Source: Felis catus
Lineage: Eukaryota
Assembly (NCBI RefSeq): GCF_018350175.1
Contig: NC_058383.1
Location: 23,996,001-24,060,000, forward strand
Length of the DNA stretch: 64,000 bases
Direction: 5' to 3'
Shown here: piece by piece, positions 1 through 13,312 of the stretch
How the letters are laid out: every line of letters starts with the position of its first letter
Numbering within the stretch: the first letter of the stretch is position 1
The notes under the pieces: model-generated
What the model was told of the DNA's origin: nothing
Seen by the model: the letters and a program-made list of their open reading frames with translations, nothing else
Databases searched by the model: none
Made by a program: the position numbers and the translations under genes

Positions 1-1027
1 AACATAGGAAAAGAAATGAAACCAGTAATTTAGAACTATAGGTACTTAATGACCTAAAAAATCATAGACCTTAAAGATTGAAACTGCATCCAGATGCTCT
101 TCCAAAGGGCTATAGTCAACTAGCTGTAATAAAACTCCTGGAGATAGTTCACTGTTGTTTGAGTCTGGCAAGAATCTCCAAATACAGAAGTTTTCATACT
201 CAGGCAGAGGAACTTAAGGCAAGGGCTAGGGGCAGGAAACAAATTAGAAATGCAACCTTCTCGCCACTGCAGAGTAGGTATTTGGCAGCTTTCTTTCTCA
301 CTTCCCAAACAGAATCTCAAGTGTTTGGGTCCAGAAAAATCTAGTTTTATCTTAAATTCTACTTCAAAACCTTGACATTAAAATGAAAGGCGCTTATAAT
401 AAATTTTCTTTCCCCATCACTCATAATTCTGGAGGTGATAAGATAAATAATAGTTGTGCTCACTTAGTATCCATCACGGTCTTAAGCGCTTTACATATGC
501 TCATTTATTTGTCAAGACAATCCAATGAGGAAACTGAGTAACAGGTTTAATGACTAGGAGCCAGCTAGAAAAAGCTGCAGTTGGAACACGAACCAGCTCT
601 GATTCGACAGCTGTGCTCAAAGTTTACCACTTAGGAATATTTCTGTAGAACAGTTTGATTTTTCTTAAGTGTTTGTCCAGAGAAATAAAACCTTAGAAAC
701 ATCAATGGAGAAGTCTCAAAAACGTTGACACAAAGTGGCACATTTCCTCACAAATAGCTATTTTGGACAGAAAATACTACAATAATTTGCTCCAGGTGTT
801 AAGAAACTCAGTTAATCTAATAAAAGACTGTAACACTATTTTACATTCTTAATTCTGCTTAAAAAGCATGTTTTCAAATTAATCTGTCAACCATACTTTT
901 AAAAAAAGTTATATTAAAATTCTGGTCCTTGATCTTCTGGACAATTTCACTGGTGTATTATATAAAATTACATTTTTAAAGTCACACACTAAAGAGAGTT
1001 CAGGAGCGATTTAAAAAAGAGAATTCC

Positions 1028-1230
1028 AGGGTCACCTGGGTGGCTCAGTTGGTTAAGCACCTGACTTCAGCTCAGGTCATAATCTCATGGTTTGTGAGTT
1101 CGAGCCCCACATCAGGCTCTCTGCCAACAACAGTGTGGGCCTGCTTCGGATCCTCTGTCCCCCTCTCTGTGCCCCTTGCTGCTTATGCTCACTCTTTCAC
1201 AAAAATAAGTACTTAAAAAAATAATTAAAA
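1028..1230 (+). mobile_element. CanSINE
   Basis: tRNA-derived head, CT tract, A-tail; TSD-like aaaaaga.aattcca. Confidence 0.92.
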
Positions 1231-1923
1231 AGATAATTCCATTTTGATTTTGCTAATTCAAGAAGAGGTTCTCCAAATGCTGCAATTTAAAAAATAAGTT
1301 TGGAGATTTACTATACAAAGTACTTTAAGGGAGATTCAGCTAAATCTTTGTACAGTTTGATTCCTCCCATCATTTCTACTCAGCAAAATCTCAAATAGCA
1401 GCTTGTGTACTCAAGACATCTACATATTTTCCCCCTTAATCATGCCCTTTTCAAAGGACAGAGAGTTCATTTAACAGCCAGTTATGATGTCCTTGTTTCA
1501 TTGCTATTTGTATTTGCCTTTCTTAATGAATGGATCATTACAAAACCATAATACTTGTTCTACTATCTCTCATGTAAACAATGCGGGTCCAACAATGGCA
1601 TTCTTTACCACTCTCCTATTACATGTTTCACCACCAAATCACCATGTGATATCTTAAATTACAAACAGATTAATGTTTTTAGGAGTACAGCTCTCTCACG
1701 TACAACTTCCAGGCATGGTTATCAATACAGACAGTATTTGTAAAGAATCATGACTTTGACACTACTATAATTCAAGAAACTAGTTACTGGTGAAGAGGAA
1801 TGAGAATCAAAAGGGAAATCCATTATGTCATCTTAGAATTCATAAACAAAGGGTGGGAATATCACATACCCTTTAATTTAGGAAGGCAGATTTCAGAAAG
1901 GTAGGCATGATTGCATAGAATGG

Positions 1924-2222
1924 TTTTTTTAAAATTTATTTGTTTATTTTGAGAGATAGTGTGAATGGGGGAGGGGGAGGGAAGGAGGGAGAGCGGGGGG
2001 GGGGGAGAGGGAGGGAGGGAGGGAGAGAGAGAGGGAGGGAGGGAGAGAAAGAGAGAGGGAGGGAGAGAGAGAGAGAGGGAGGGGGAGAGAGAGAGAGAGA
2101 GAGGGAGAGAGAATCCCAAGCAGGCTCTGCACTGACAGTGGGGCTCAAACTCAGGAACTGTGAGATCATGACTTCAGCTGAGACCAAGATGTGGGACACT
2201 CAACTGAGCCACCTGGGCACCT
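1924..2222 (-). mobile_element. CanSINE with greatly expanded purine tract
   Basis: Reverse SINE; G/A tract at 1967-2113. Confidence 0.92.
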
Positions 2223-2959
2223 CTCATGGAACAAAATTCTTGAAAGAAAGGAGATTCAAGAGGCTAGGGAACTCTTCAAAATGTGGTTCTGACTAATAAT
2301 TACAGATGAAGCCAATAAAAGAAAGGAAGGTAGGTACTGATGAAAGCAGGATGGGAGCACAGGAACTCATTTGAACAGCAAATTATAAACATAAAAAAAG
2401 CAGTGTGTTATAATGAATAGAGCACAGGCTTTTGAATCCAGCTCTACCACCTAATTAGACGATGCCAGGCAAATCATTTCCCTCTTTGAATATGCTTCTT
2501 CATCAGTAACATGGGAATACTAAATTCAGCATTTCTTTGTTCTTTTTGTCCTTAGGCTATATCCCATTAAGGGAGCACAGTCAGAATTCTAAGTTCAAAG
2601 GTTATTTCTTTCTACGTGGGTGAGTTACATTATTAATTTGATATAGCAGGGCTCATTGGTTTCAATCTGTATTTGATATTAGGATTTGTTTTCTTTCCAT
2701 CATTCTTAATTTTTTGAATACGTAAAACATAAGCATGGTTCAAACAGAGTACTCTTCCCACTTCATTACAGTAGCGGTACTATTCATTATCTGAGGTAGA
2801 AATTTTGGCCATTTGTCCATGGGCTAGACTGTACACTGCAGTATGGTAACATTTACATCTACAAGCTAAAACAACATAGCATTTATAATCAAGTTTAAGA
2901 TAGCTGCCTATGGCTACTGCAATGATTACAGTGAAGACTCTTCAAAAGTTAGTTCCGTT

Positions 2960-3162
2960 AGGGCGCCTGGGTGGCTCAGTGGATTAAGCATCCAACTTTT
3001 GATTTTGGCTCAGGTCATGATATCAGTTTGTGGGATCGAGCCCTGCATCAGGTTCTGTGCTGACAGCATGGAGCCTACTTGGGATTCCCTCTGTTTCTCT
3101 CTCTCTGCCCCTTCCCAGCTCGCATTCTTTCTCTCAAAATATATAAATAAATTTTTTAAAAA
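2960..3162 (+). mobile_element. CanSINE
   Basis: gggcgcctgggtggctcagt head and A-tail. Confidence 0.92.
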
Positions 3163-3812
3163 AGTCCCACTAATTTTAGTTGATGCTTACATTACTATGT
3201 GCCAAGCACTTTATTTTTTTTCAACTTTTTTTTTTTATGTGCCAAGCACTTTAAGTGTTTTATGTACATGATTACTTTAATCTTCAACAGACCTCTGAAT
3301 CTTCAAACAGACTTCTGAAGCATGTTACCAAGATCATGCTGCTAGGAAGTGGCATAAATAGAACGTGAACCCGGACTCCAGAGTCTGTGCTGTTAGCCAC
3401 TTAACTATGATGCCTCCTGCATTCTAACTGATCACACCTATGTTTCTACCATACAGGGACTACAGAATTTTAACCTTTTGCGGCTTACATAAAATATGTG
3501 ACCTTAGAAAAATTACTGTATAATTTTCCCATTACTAATAAAAATTTAAAAGATAATGGACTAAAGCTCTTATAAATATTTATAAACATTTAGACCAATT
3601 CAACTGCACTAGCCATCCAGTGGTTTCTCTCATTCAATGAACACTTATTAAACACTGTTGAGAGGTAAAATGAGTCAATTTACTCTCCTTTCTCCTCCAA
3701 ATCCCACTGAAAAGACAAGGTACTATATATATTTTAAAAATTATCTAACAGCATGGGAAAAATGACAAATATATCAACAACGAAGCAGAATTACTAAAGA
3801 ATTTCTGGAATT

Positions 3813-4012
3813 GGGGCAACTGGGTGGCTCAGTTAAGCGTCTGACTTCGGCTCCAGCTGTGATCTCACCGTTTGTGGGTTTGAGGTTTGAGCCCCGTGCA
3901 GGACTCTCTGCTGTCAGGCACAGCACACTTCAGATCCTCTGTCCTGCTCTCTGTCTGCCCCTCCCCACTGGTGCACACACTCTCTCTCTCAAAAATAAAC
4001 ATTAAAAAAAAA
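3813..4012 (+). mobile_element. CanSINE
   Basis: TSD aaagaatttctgg on both sides. Confidence 0.92.
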
Positions 4013-4569
4013 GAATTTCTGGGATGTATAAAAAAACAGGTTCACAGAAAAGGAGTAAATGCCTCTATAGCCTATAACAATATAGTCAAAAGATAGCCCT
4101 CTAAAAAGTGCTCCTAAAAAAATTCAAGAAAACCATATGCTCAGAGAAATAGGAGCTGAGCACAGTAATTGGGCTGTGTGGTATGTAAGTGGGATATTAA
4201 GAAAAGTCAGTGGGAACTGCACCAGTTCCCTGACCATCTGGAAGAGCTGATGACATCTGCACCCCAGACTTTTTCATCTGGGTATGGACTGCTTGAATGG
4301 TCAAGTTGGGGATTTGCCACAACAAGCTCCTGAAGAGGGAGGGCAGAGGGCAACAGGAGGGAATATATAAGGGATACAACACTTTAGTTGACTCTAGGCT
4401 AATACAGAGAACAAAAGCACTGGTCAAAACCTTATAGAGGCAAAAAGCAAAATAAAAAAAAAATATAGCACAATAGGAAACCCCATAATGTATCCAACCT
4501 CCCTAATAACCATAAAGATATTCACAATAAAGGATAATCACATCTTAAATAGAGGGTGGTTTATTTAAA

Positions 4570-4960
4570 AATTTTTAATGTTTGTTTTTGGGAGAGAGAG
4601 AGAGAGTGCCAGGGGGGTAAGGGGCAAAGAGAGATGGAGACACAGACTCTGAAGCAGGCTCCAGGCTCTGAGCTGTCAGCACAAAGCCCCATACAGGGCT
4701 CAAACTCATGAACTGCAAGATCACGACCTGAGCTGAAGTTGGATGCTTAACTGACTGAGCCACCCAGGTGCCCCCATTTATTTTTTTTTTTTAAAGTTTA
4801 TTTATTTATTTTGAGAGAGAGGTAGAGAGTGAGTGGAGAAGGGACAGAGAGAGAGGGAGAGAGAGAATCCCAAGTAGGCTCTGTACTATCAGTGCAGAGC
4901 CCGTTGAGGGGCTAGATTCCAGGAACAGAGAGATCATGACCCGAGCCACCCAGAAGCCCT
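4570..4960 (-). mobile_element. Two tandem CanSINEs
   Basis: Reverse SINE bodies at 4570-4775 and 4778-4960. Confidence 0.9.
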
Positions 4961-6159
4961 GAGGGTGGTCTATTTAGAGCAGACATCTTACTAGCTATTG
5001 TGGGATTCTAAATGGTTACTGGATGATAGTTACCTATTGGGTGGTACGTAGGTAGATACAGGCAATAGTCCTCTAAAGCCAGGAGCTATTCCTAGATCAG
5101 GGACACTTCAACATACAAGAGTTTGTCTTCTGATCCTAACCCACTAAATCTTAGAGCGGGAGTCCTACAGGTTATCTAAAATGCTGATATATGACTGTAT
5201 ACATCTGTTTAAAATATGATTTATTGCTATGGTTTTTAAGTGATTCATGAATGATTTTTTAAATTTTAAATTAAACTCTGAAAGTAATTATTTTATCTTC
5301 AGGATAATAAAATATAGTTTATGTTATATATATATATTATATTTCATAATAAGCAAATGAATAGAACTTTAACAAATGACCTTATAGGCTACCCGTGACA
5401 TCAATCATGCTTTACTTTTAGAACTTTTTATCTAAACTTGGTTGCTGACTTCAACTAATGAGGTCAGGGTCATGCTTTATATACTTAGCCAGTGGGGAGA
5501 AATCTACTCTAGGACCCAGACTACAATCCATAACCCGCCTAGCAAATGTTAGCTAGAGTAAAAGGTTGGCGGAATGTTAATGGCTTAGTATAATCTGTCA
5601 TCATTACTGGGAAATCTCCAAAAACATGTTACCTTTGGTATGTAGAACAGCACTTTCATATACACATTTGGATAGGTTGCCTGGTACTCTTTTCTCTTAG
5701 TGGAAGAAGGTAGCAATCCAAATAAGTATCAGGAGCACGGTACAGTGTGTATGTTAAAAACAAATTGGGAACCAGGTCTAACACAGTCATATATCCTAAA
5801 TTTTGAAAAAAATGAGACTACTTTTGGTGACTATATGATAGGTAAATAATGAACTGCATTATATTCTATGTATCCAATGTAATAAAAAATTAATCCATTT
5901 AGTTGCTTAACAATAACAATAGCTACTATAAATGCCTCTGCTGTGGTAGATGTTTCAACTATATTAACTTTAATTCTTACAGCCACCTTGCAAAGTAAGA
6001 GGTATTATGCCCATTTATAGATGAGGCAACTAAAGCTTAAAGAGGCCAAGTAATAACAGAAAAAAAAAAAAAAAAAAAAGAGGCCAGTGTGTCCAAAGCC
6101 ACACAGCTGGTAAATGGCAGAGCCAGACCTTGAACTGAGTTCTGACTTCAATCCCTATT

Positions 6160-8284
6160 CCTTTTTTTTTTTTTTTTTAATGTTTATTTATTTTGGGCCA
6201 CCTGAGTGGCTCAGTCAGGCGACTGACTTCAGCTCAGGTTATGATCTCATGGTCGGTGAGTTTTGAGCCCCGCGTCGGGCTCTGTGCTGACAGCTGAGAG
6301 CCTGGAGCCTGCTTCATTCAGATTCTATGTCTCCCCCTCTCTCTGCCCCTCCCCTGCTAGCACTCTGTCTCTCTCTTTCTCAAAAATAAACATTTAAAAA
6401 GCAATTTTAATGTTTATTTATTTTGAGAGAGCAAGAGAGAGCACAAGTGAAAGTGCCCACGTGAGCAGGAGAGGGGCAGAGAGAGGAGGAGAGAATCCCA
6501 AGCAGGGCTGGTTCCCATGAACTGAGATCATGACCAGCCAAAAGAGCCCAAATCAAGAGTCAGATGCTCAACTGACTGAGTCACCCAGGCGCTCCTCAAT
6601 CCCCACTCTATTTTCACTATGATTTTCTTCATAAAATAACTTTAAAAAAAATGTTTATTCATTTTTGAGAGACAGAGTGCAAGGGGAGGAGGGGCAGAGA
6701 GAGAGAGGGAGACACAGAATCCAAAGCAGGCTCCAGGCTCTGAGCTGTCAGCACAGAGCCTGACGTGGGGCCCGAACCTACAAACTATGAGATCATGACC
6801 TGAGTCAAAGTCGGACACTTAACTGACTGAACCACTTACAGGTGCCCCAGTAAAATAATCTTCTAAGAATGTATCATACATACCCAGATTTATTTTAAAT
6901 CAAGAGATAGGATTCATGAGGATGAAGGGGGAACACAAACTAGTTTTCAATTGGTGAAAATAAAGAATAAGCATTTTATTTATTTATTTGTTTGTTTAAA
7001 TGTTTATTTAATTTTGAAAGAGAGTCACAGAGCAGGAGTTGGGGAGGAGCAGAGAGAGAGTCGGACACAGAATCTGAAGTAGGCTTTAGGCTCTGAGCTG
7101 TCAGCACAGAGCCCGATGTGGGGCTTGAACCCATGAAGGGCGAGTTATGACCTGAGCTGAAGTTGGACACTTAATCGACTGAGTCACCCAGGTGCCCCAA
7201 AGAATAAGCATTTAGGTAATTTTTCTTTTCTTTAAAAAAAAAAACAAAAAAAATCCAAACAAACAAAAATACACACACACACAGTATTTAAAAACTTTTT
7301 TTAAATGTTTAAAATGTTTTTGAGAGAGAGAGAGAAAGAGCGCAAGTATGAGTGGGGAGGGGCAAAGAGAGAGGGAGACAGAATTCGAAGCAGGCTCCAG
7401 GCTCTGAGGTGTCAGCACAGATCCCGACCTGGGGCTTGAACTCGTGAACTGTGAGTTCATGACCTGAGCCGAAGTCAGACACAACAACCAACTGAGCCAC
7501 CCAGGCACCCCAATACATTTTTTATTTTAGAGAGAGACAGAGCACGAGCAGTGGAGAGGAGCACAGAAAGAGACAGAGAGAGAGACAGAGGCAGAGAATC
7601 TTAAGCAGGCTCCACACTAAGTGTGGAGCCTGACATGGGGCTTGATTCCCATGACCGTGGGATCAAGACCTGAGCCAAAATCAAGAGGTGGATGCTCAGC
7701 CCACTGAGCCACCCCGGCACCCCACATTAGATAACTTTTCAAGCACAAATAAAATATCTACAGCAAATCCTAAATTAGAAGCCAAGTTTCAACAGAGGTA
7801 CTCAAGTTAAAAGCACTTATTTTGGAGGGACGCCTGGGGCTCAGACGGGCGCTCAGACGGTTAAGTGGCCGACTTCAGCTCAGGTCATGAACTGTTCCCA
7901 AGTTCAAGCCCTGTGTCGGGCTCTGTGCTGATGCTCAGAGCCTGGAGCCTGTTTACGATTCTGTGTCTCCCCCCGCCCCCCCCCCCATGCCCCTCTCCTG
8001 CTTGCTGTCTCTTTCTCTCTCTCAAAAATAATAAACATTAAAAAAAATTTTTTTAAATACTTATTTTGGGGCACTTGGGTGGCTCAGTAGGTTAAGCATC
8101 TGACTCTTGATTTCGGCTCAGGTCATGATCTCACAGTTCGTGAGTTTGAGCCCTGAGTCGGGCTCTACACTGACAGTGTGGGGCCTGCTTGGGATTCTTT
8201 CTCTCCCTCTCTCTCTCTCTCTCTCTGCCCCTCCCGTGCTTGCACTCTCTCTCTCAAAATAAATAAAGTTTAAAAAAAAAAAAG
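6160..8284. mobile_element. Cluster of about 8 CanSINEs in both orientations, one nested
   Basis: Plus-strand heads at ~6196, 7826 and 8067; minus-strand copies ending ~6596, 6848, 7198, 7510 and 7722. Confidence 0.92.
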
Positions 8285-8749
8285 ACTTATTTTGTACCAT
8301 CTGATACCCTAAATGGCATATAAATATTGTTTTTCTCCTTTATCTATTATAGGTCCCCCTAAACAACCGGTAATCACACTAGGCCAGACTAACAGCCCCT
8401 TCCACGGGCTTGAAAGAGGAACACGGGATCCAATCTCTTCTGTAGCACCTTGTTTCCCCATGGCAGAGATCACTTACCCGTTACAAACTCATCTCCCCCA
8501 TGTCCACTCACCACCATAACACACCCCACGTATCACATGTACTTTCATGTACTCATACACACCTTCCTTATCTCCACTGATTTAACTCTATCTCAGGTTA
8601 TTGCACCTGAGGGAATCCCTTAAACATACATTTCCTGCAAATTCTCTCGTCTTCCTCTGGTAGTCAAAAAATGACATAAAATATTGTTGACACATGTAAA
8701 AAGAATCTCCGTGAAACACCCACATCACATAGAAGGAAATGTCATAAGC

Positions 8750-8907
8750 TTTTTTTTGTTTTTAACTGAAGTACAGTTGGCACAAAATGTTACAGTAGTT
8801 TCAGGTGCACAACACTGATTCAGCAAGCCTATATAGTATGCTGTGCTCACCACAAGTGCAGCTACCATCTGTCATCACACAACGCTATGACAATACCACT
8901 GACTATA
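8750..8907 (-). mobile_element. Short 5'-truncated L1 3' end with TSD
   Basis: Poly-T followed by reverse L1 3' UTR; flanked by aatgtcataagcttt on both sides (~8738 and ~8910). Confidence 0.8.
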
Positions 8908-9854
8908 GGAATGTCATAAGCTTTAAAGTCAAACTGGCAAATTAAAGGATCAGAGAAATAAACTTCCTTTTCTTAGCCCTTTTTATGTCTTTAAAAATGC
9001 TATTCACAATGCAACTTTATACAATTTTGTTGTGGTTGCAGAAGTAAATATTTTAGGTACAATATGGTCTTATGGGCTAACCTAGGAATCTAACTCCTGT
9101 ATAGATCCAGGGAACCACCCAGTCAACCTAAAAATTAAATTAACTTTCATCTTATAATATTTTTTGTCAAAGTTGGGAATGACTATATGGTAGCTGGGCC
9201 TTCCAAAATGAAAACCAACTGATAAATGGTAAAAAGAAAAAGAAAAAAAAAAGAAAAAAACAAGCCTGCATTCTGAGGATATTCAGCTACTATACAATAA
9301 TGTGATCTATGTAACAATGTAAGTATCATACTTGTAAAAATGAGGTAAGATTAGGAATGCCAAATATTACTTTCTCTTGAGTTCTAGTCCCTTTGTGCTT
9401 GGATATTCTACTCTCACTTCAAACATAACATGTCTAAACCAAACTCATCACCTTTACCCATAAATCAGCGCACTCTCCAAAATTCCCAATTCTAGTCCCT
9501 ACTCTAGGTTCAAAATCTTAGTGTCAACTGTAACACCTCCTCTTTCTTGCCACATGCAAGCTTGGACTGATTGCTACTTAAGGTACAGAGATGAATAAAT
9601 CATACTCTGTTAGTAGGGAACTTTCAGGCTGAGAATAGATAACACAAGCAAAGATTTAGAGATGAGAATACAGATTATATTTAGGAAATAGAAAGTAATA
9701 CAGAGGAGCTAGAATGTAGATCCGTGCAGGAAAAAAAAAAGTATGATCTAAGGTTGGAAACATAAACTACAGTCATATTGTGAAGATACTTGAATGCCTT
9801 TGTGCTGTGGAAGATGAAAAGTCACTGAAAGTTTTCTGGTACGAGCACATGAAG

Positions 9855-10075
9855 TGGTTAATAGCCAGGGTTCTGCAGCTAGACTTCCTGGGTTCAAATC
9901 TCAGCTCTTCCACCTATCAGTTTTGTGACCCTGGGCAAGTTACATGACTTTTCTGTATCTCTGTGGGGCTAATAACAGCATCTATATAAGGATGTTGTGA
10001 GGACTCAATTAGTAAATACATATAAAGTGCCTAGAAAAGTATCTGTCATAAAGTAAATGCTATGTAAGTATTTGT
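9855..10075 (+). mobile_element. MIR SINE, representative copy; others at ~450-630, 3180-3420, 5920-6150, 13350-13550, 18450-18650, 30230-30400, 30730-30940, 31310-31520, 38100-38270
   Basis: MIR core ctgggttcaaatctcagctcttccacctatcag..tgtgaccctgggcaagttac. Confidence 0.85.
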
Positions 10076-11892
10076 GATTCTTCTTACATTTATCCTTTAG
10101 GAAGATGAATTTAGCAGCAATGTATAGAAATGGACTAGAACAAAAATTTCCCTGCCTTTACTCATGCTATTTCACCCTCAAGGACAAGCACTGCCCAAGT
10201 TTTCATAATTATTTAAATATTCATTAAGTGTATCATCTATGAAGCTCAAATGCCATCTCCTCCTCGACCACCTGGAAAGTAGCTACATCATATATTTGAC
10301 ACTTATTTCTTATGTATATAAATTTATTTCTCCAAAGACAGCACAGGTTTCTTGAGAATAAAATATTTTTTCATTTACTTAAATGCAATCTCTCAGAATA
10401 TTTAGTACAGTTCCTTACAGACCATACACACTTCAATAAGCATTTGTTGCGAGACTGTCTGGAATAAAGTCCAGTGGTATAAGAAATATTTATGGGAAGA
10501 CTAAGGACTACTTAGAGTAAATTAAAGATTTATTTTATTAAAATGAATGGTACTTTTAAAATGAAATAGTCATAAATGAAATAGCCTTAGAAATCTTTGC
10601 CTTTTAAGTTAGTGGGCTGGTCAGCAAAACTAATCTGAAGACGGTCTGTTTTTGAAAAAAACCTATTTTATTACAGCTGAAAGTAGACCCAATGATGTTC
10701 CTGGGGGAATAACTTAATGTGAATACACCACTAAAGGGGAGACCTAGTGAAATTTTGCTCTCCCATTTTCTTACTTGACCCAACCAACTGCATTTATCTT
10801 TACCCCTGTTTAATCTCTAATGATAGTATATAGTCCCTAGTTGAACAGATCTATATTAAAAGTCAACAGCTGCCTTTTTGCTCAATATATACAACAGCCA
10901 AGTGTCAAAATGCCAAATGTGACCTTTTATTTATAGCAAAGCTAGTATAAAGAGACACACAAAAAAAGTGCAGCCTTTTCCTCCCAATTAAGAAAAAAAA
11001 TACAGTTCAAACAAATGTCTCTTTGCTTTAAAACTGGAATCATACACTGTAACGTCATATAAGTAAATTACACGATTTTGGTATACACTCATAAATACAT
11101 GTATCATTGATCGTAACACCCAAATCCATATGCTTCTCTATTTTGTCAACTCTAAAGCAATAAATCTCAAAGGAACATCACATTTTGCTTGCTCATGCCA
11201 TATCTGGTAAGGATTCTCCTCCCTGTAATTTACAGCTAATGAGAGAATACATAGTAATGTTCGCATACGTGTGTTTTTGAAGAGTGACTTTGATCCAGAT
11301 ACTTATTTTTAGGCACCTGATATTCAAAGATCCTTAGGTTCCTTCATGGCTCTTATTTAACCTCTCTTGTTGAAATGCAATAGCTTTCCTAAATATTACT
11401 TTTTCATCAGTCTGTAGCCAACAAAGAATGAAACAATGCAGCCACGATATCCAATCAGTTGTTATCAACTGGATCAGGTGTTGCATGTAATCAACTTTTT
11501 AGCAGCCAGCTGCTAGTTGGCCAAAGAACTAAAGAAAACTCGGGAAAAATTGTGTAGCTCCAGAGCTTGAAAATAAAACATTCTGACAATCAAAAAGATA
11601 TGAATGTCATGTTTGCATAAATCATCATAGACAGGTAAGGCTGTAACTATGAAATTTATACCTATATATTGTCACCGCTATCACTGTACAACCTAATCTC
11701 CTGGGTTATGTAGGGTGTATAAAATAAACTCACTATGTAAATCATTATCCATTCAAGTTGCATGATTAAGCTCTTATTTACAATTCAACAATAACAATTT
11801 CATAAACAGCAATATTTCATTATGTGACTAAATTTCCCCTATAAGATTATGTAATATGGTCCACTGCTTACATACACATTAAAATGAAGTAT

Positions 11893-12535
11893 GGGGGCGC
11901 CTGGGTGGCTCAGTCAGTTGAGCGACCCACTCTCTGATTTTGGCTTGCGTCATAACCCCAGGGTCGTAGGATGGAGCCCCACATCAGGTTCTGCACTGAG
12001 TGTGGAGCCTGCATAAGATTCTCTTGCTCCCTCGGCCCCTCTCCCCAGCTTGTGCATGCTCTCAAATTAAAAAAAAAAAAAATGCAGTATGGAAAAAACA
12101 CAAAAACTTACAGTTGCATTACAGAAACTAATAACTAGAAGAAATTTTATTCTATAAACAAAACCTAAAACCTCAGTTATACTACTTGTCAGGTTTCTAT
12201 AAAGAAACAACTATCTCATATATTTCAAACATATTTCTAGCCTTTCAGGTGAAGCTAACTGACTCTATACTCAACTGTAAAGTTTACAGACCACTAGGTC
12301 TTAGATATATTCCTTTAAAAATAACTTCCGAGGGCACCTGGGTGGCATCCGACTTTGGCTCAGGTCATGATCTCACGGTTCGTGGGTTCGAGCCCCACAT
12401 TAGGCTCTGTGCTGGCAGTCTGGAGCCTGGAGCCTGCTTCAGATTCTGTGTGTCTCTCTCTCTGCCCAACCGCCGCTCACTCTGTCTCTCTCTCTCTCTC
12501 AAAAATAAAACAAAACATTAAAAAAAAAAGTTAAG
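11893..12535 (+). mobile_element. Two CanSINEs (11893-12082, 12331-12535)
   Basis: SINE heads and A-tails; TSD-like aaaatg.agtatgg and aaaa.aactt. Confidence 0.9.
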
Positions 12536-13089
12536 AAAACAACTTCTGAACTAAATGATTTTCACAGTACACTGCAGTTGTTACCCTTTAACCTACAGAA
12601 GAACATAAAGTTGGAGTCTGAATGTGCACAGCAATTCGAAGGGATGAAAAAAAGCATTAATCAAATCTGAATGATAAATGATATAATTTTTATTAATAAA
12701 AAACTCTCAACTACAACTTGTCTAAAATTACATAGCTAGTAAATAGCAGGACTGGGATTTGACTATGTCAGTTTTGGTTTGACCCCAAAATCTGTGTGCC
12801 CTTTCTACTATGCTAGGCTGCCTTTCATTTAGAAATCTGTTTTCTTCTTCAGTCTGTTCCAGAAACCTATGAACCCAATGCAGGCCTTGCTTTTTGTACT
12901 TATATGTGTGGCTTACATTACCACTACCATGGACTTCAGAGTCTCTCTTCCTAGATTGGGTTCGGCTGGGTTTCAGTTATATTCAAATTCAGACACACCA
13001 TGTTGCCTTAAGTTTCTGTTTAGAACAAGGCAAGCTCTAAGTAAATAAGATAGGTAATAAAAAGGGAAATGTTAAAAAATTCAAATGTT

Positions 13090-13312
13090 GGGGCGCCTGG
13101 GTGGCGCAGTCGGTTAAGCGTCCGACTTCAGCCAGGTCACGATCTCGCGGTCTGTGAGTTCGAGCCCCGCGTCAAGCTCTGGGCTGATGGCTCGGAGCCT
13201 GGAGCCTGTTTCCGATTCTGTGTCTCCCTCTCTCTCTGCCCCTCCCCCGTTCATGCTCTGTCTCTCTCTGTCCCAAAAAATAAATAAATGTTGAAAAAAA
13301 AATTAAAAAAAA
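13090..13312 (+). mobile_element. Young felid CanSINE
   Basis: CpG-intact; perfect TSD aaaaaattcaaatgtt. Confidence 0.95.
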
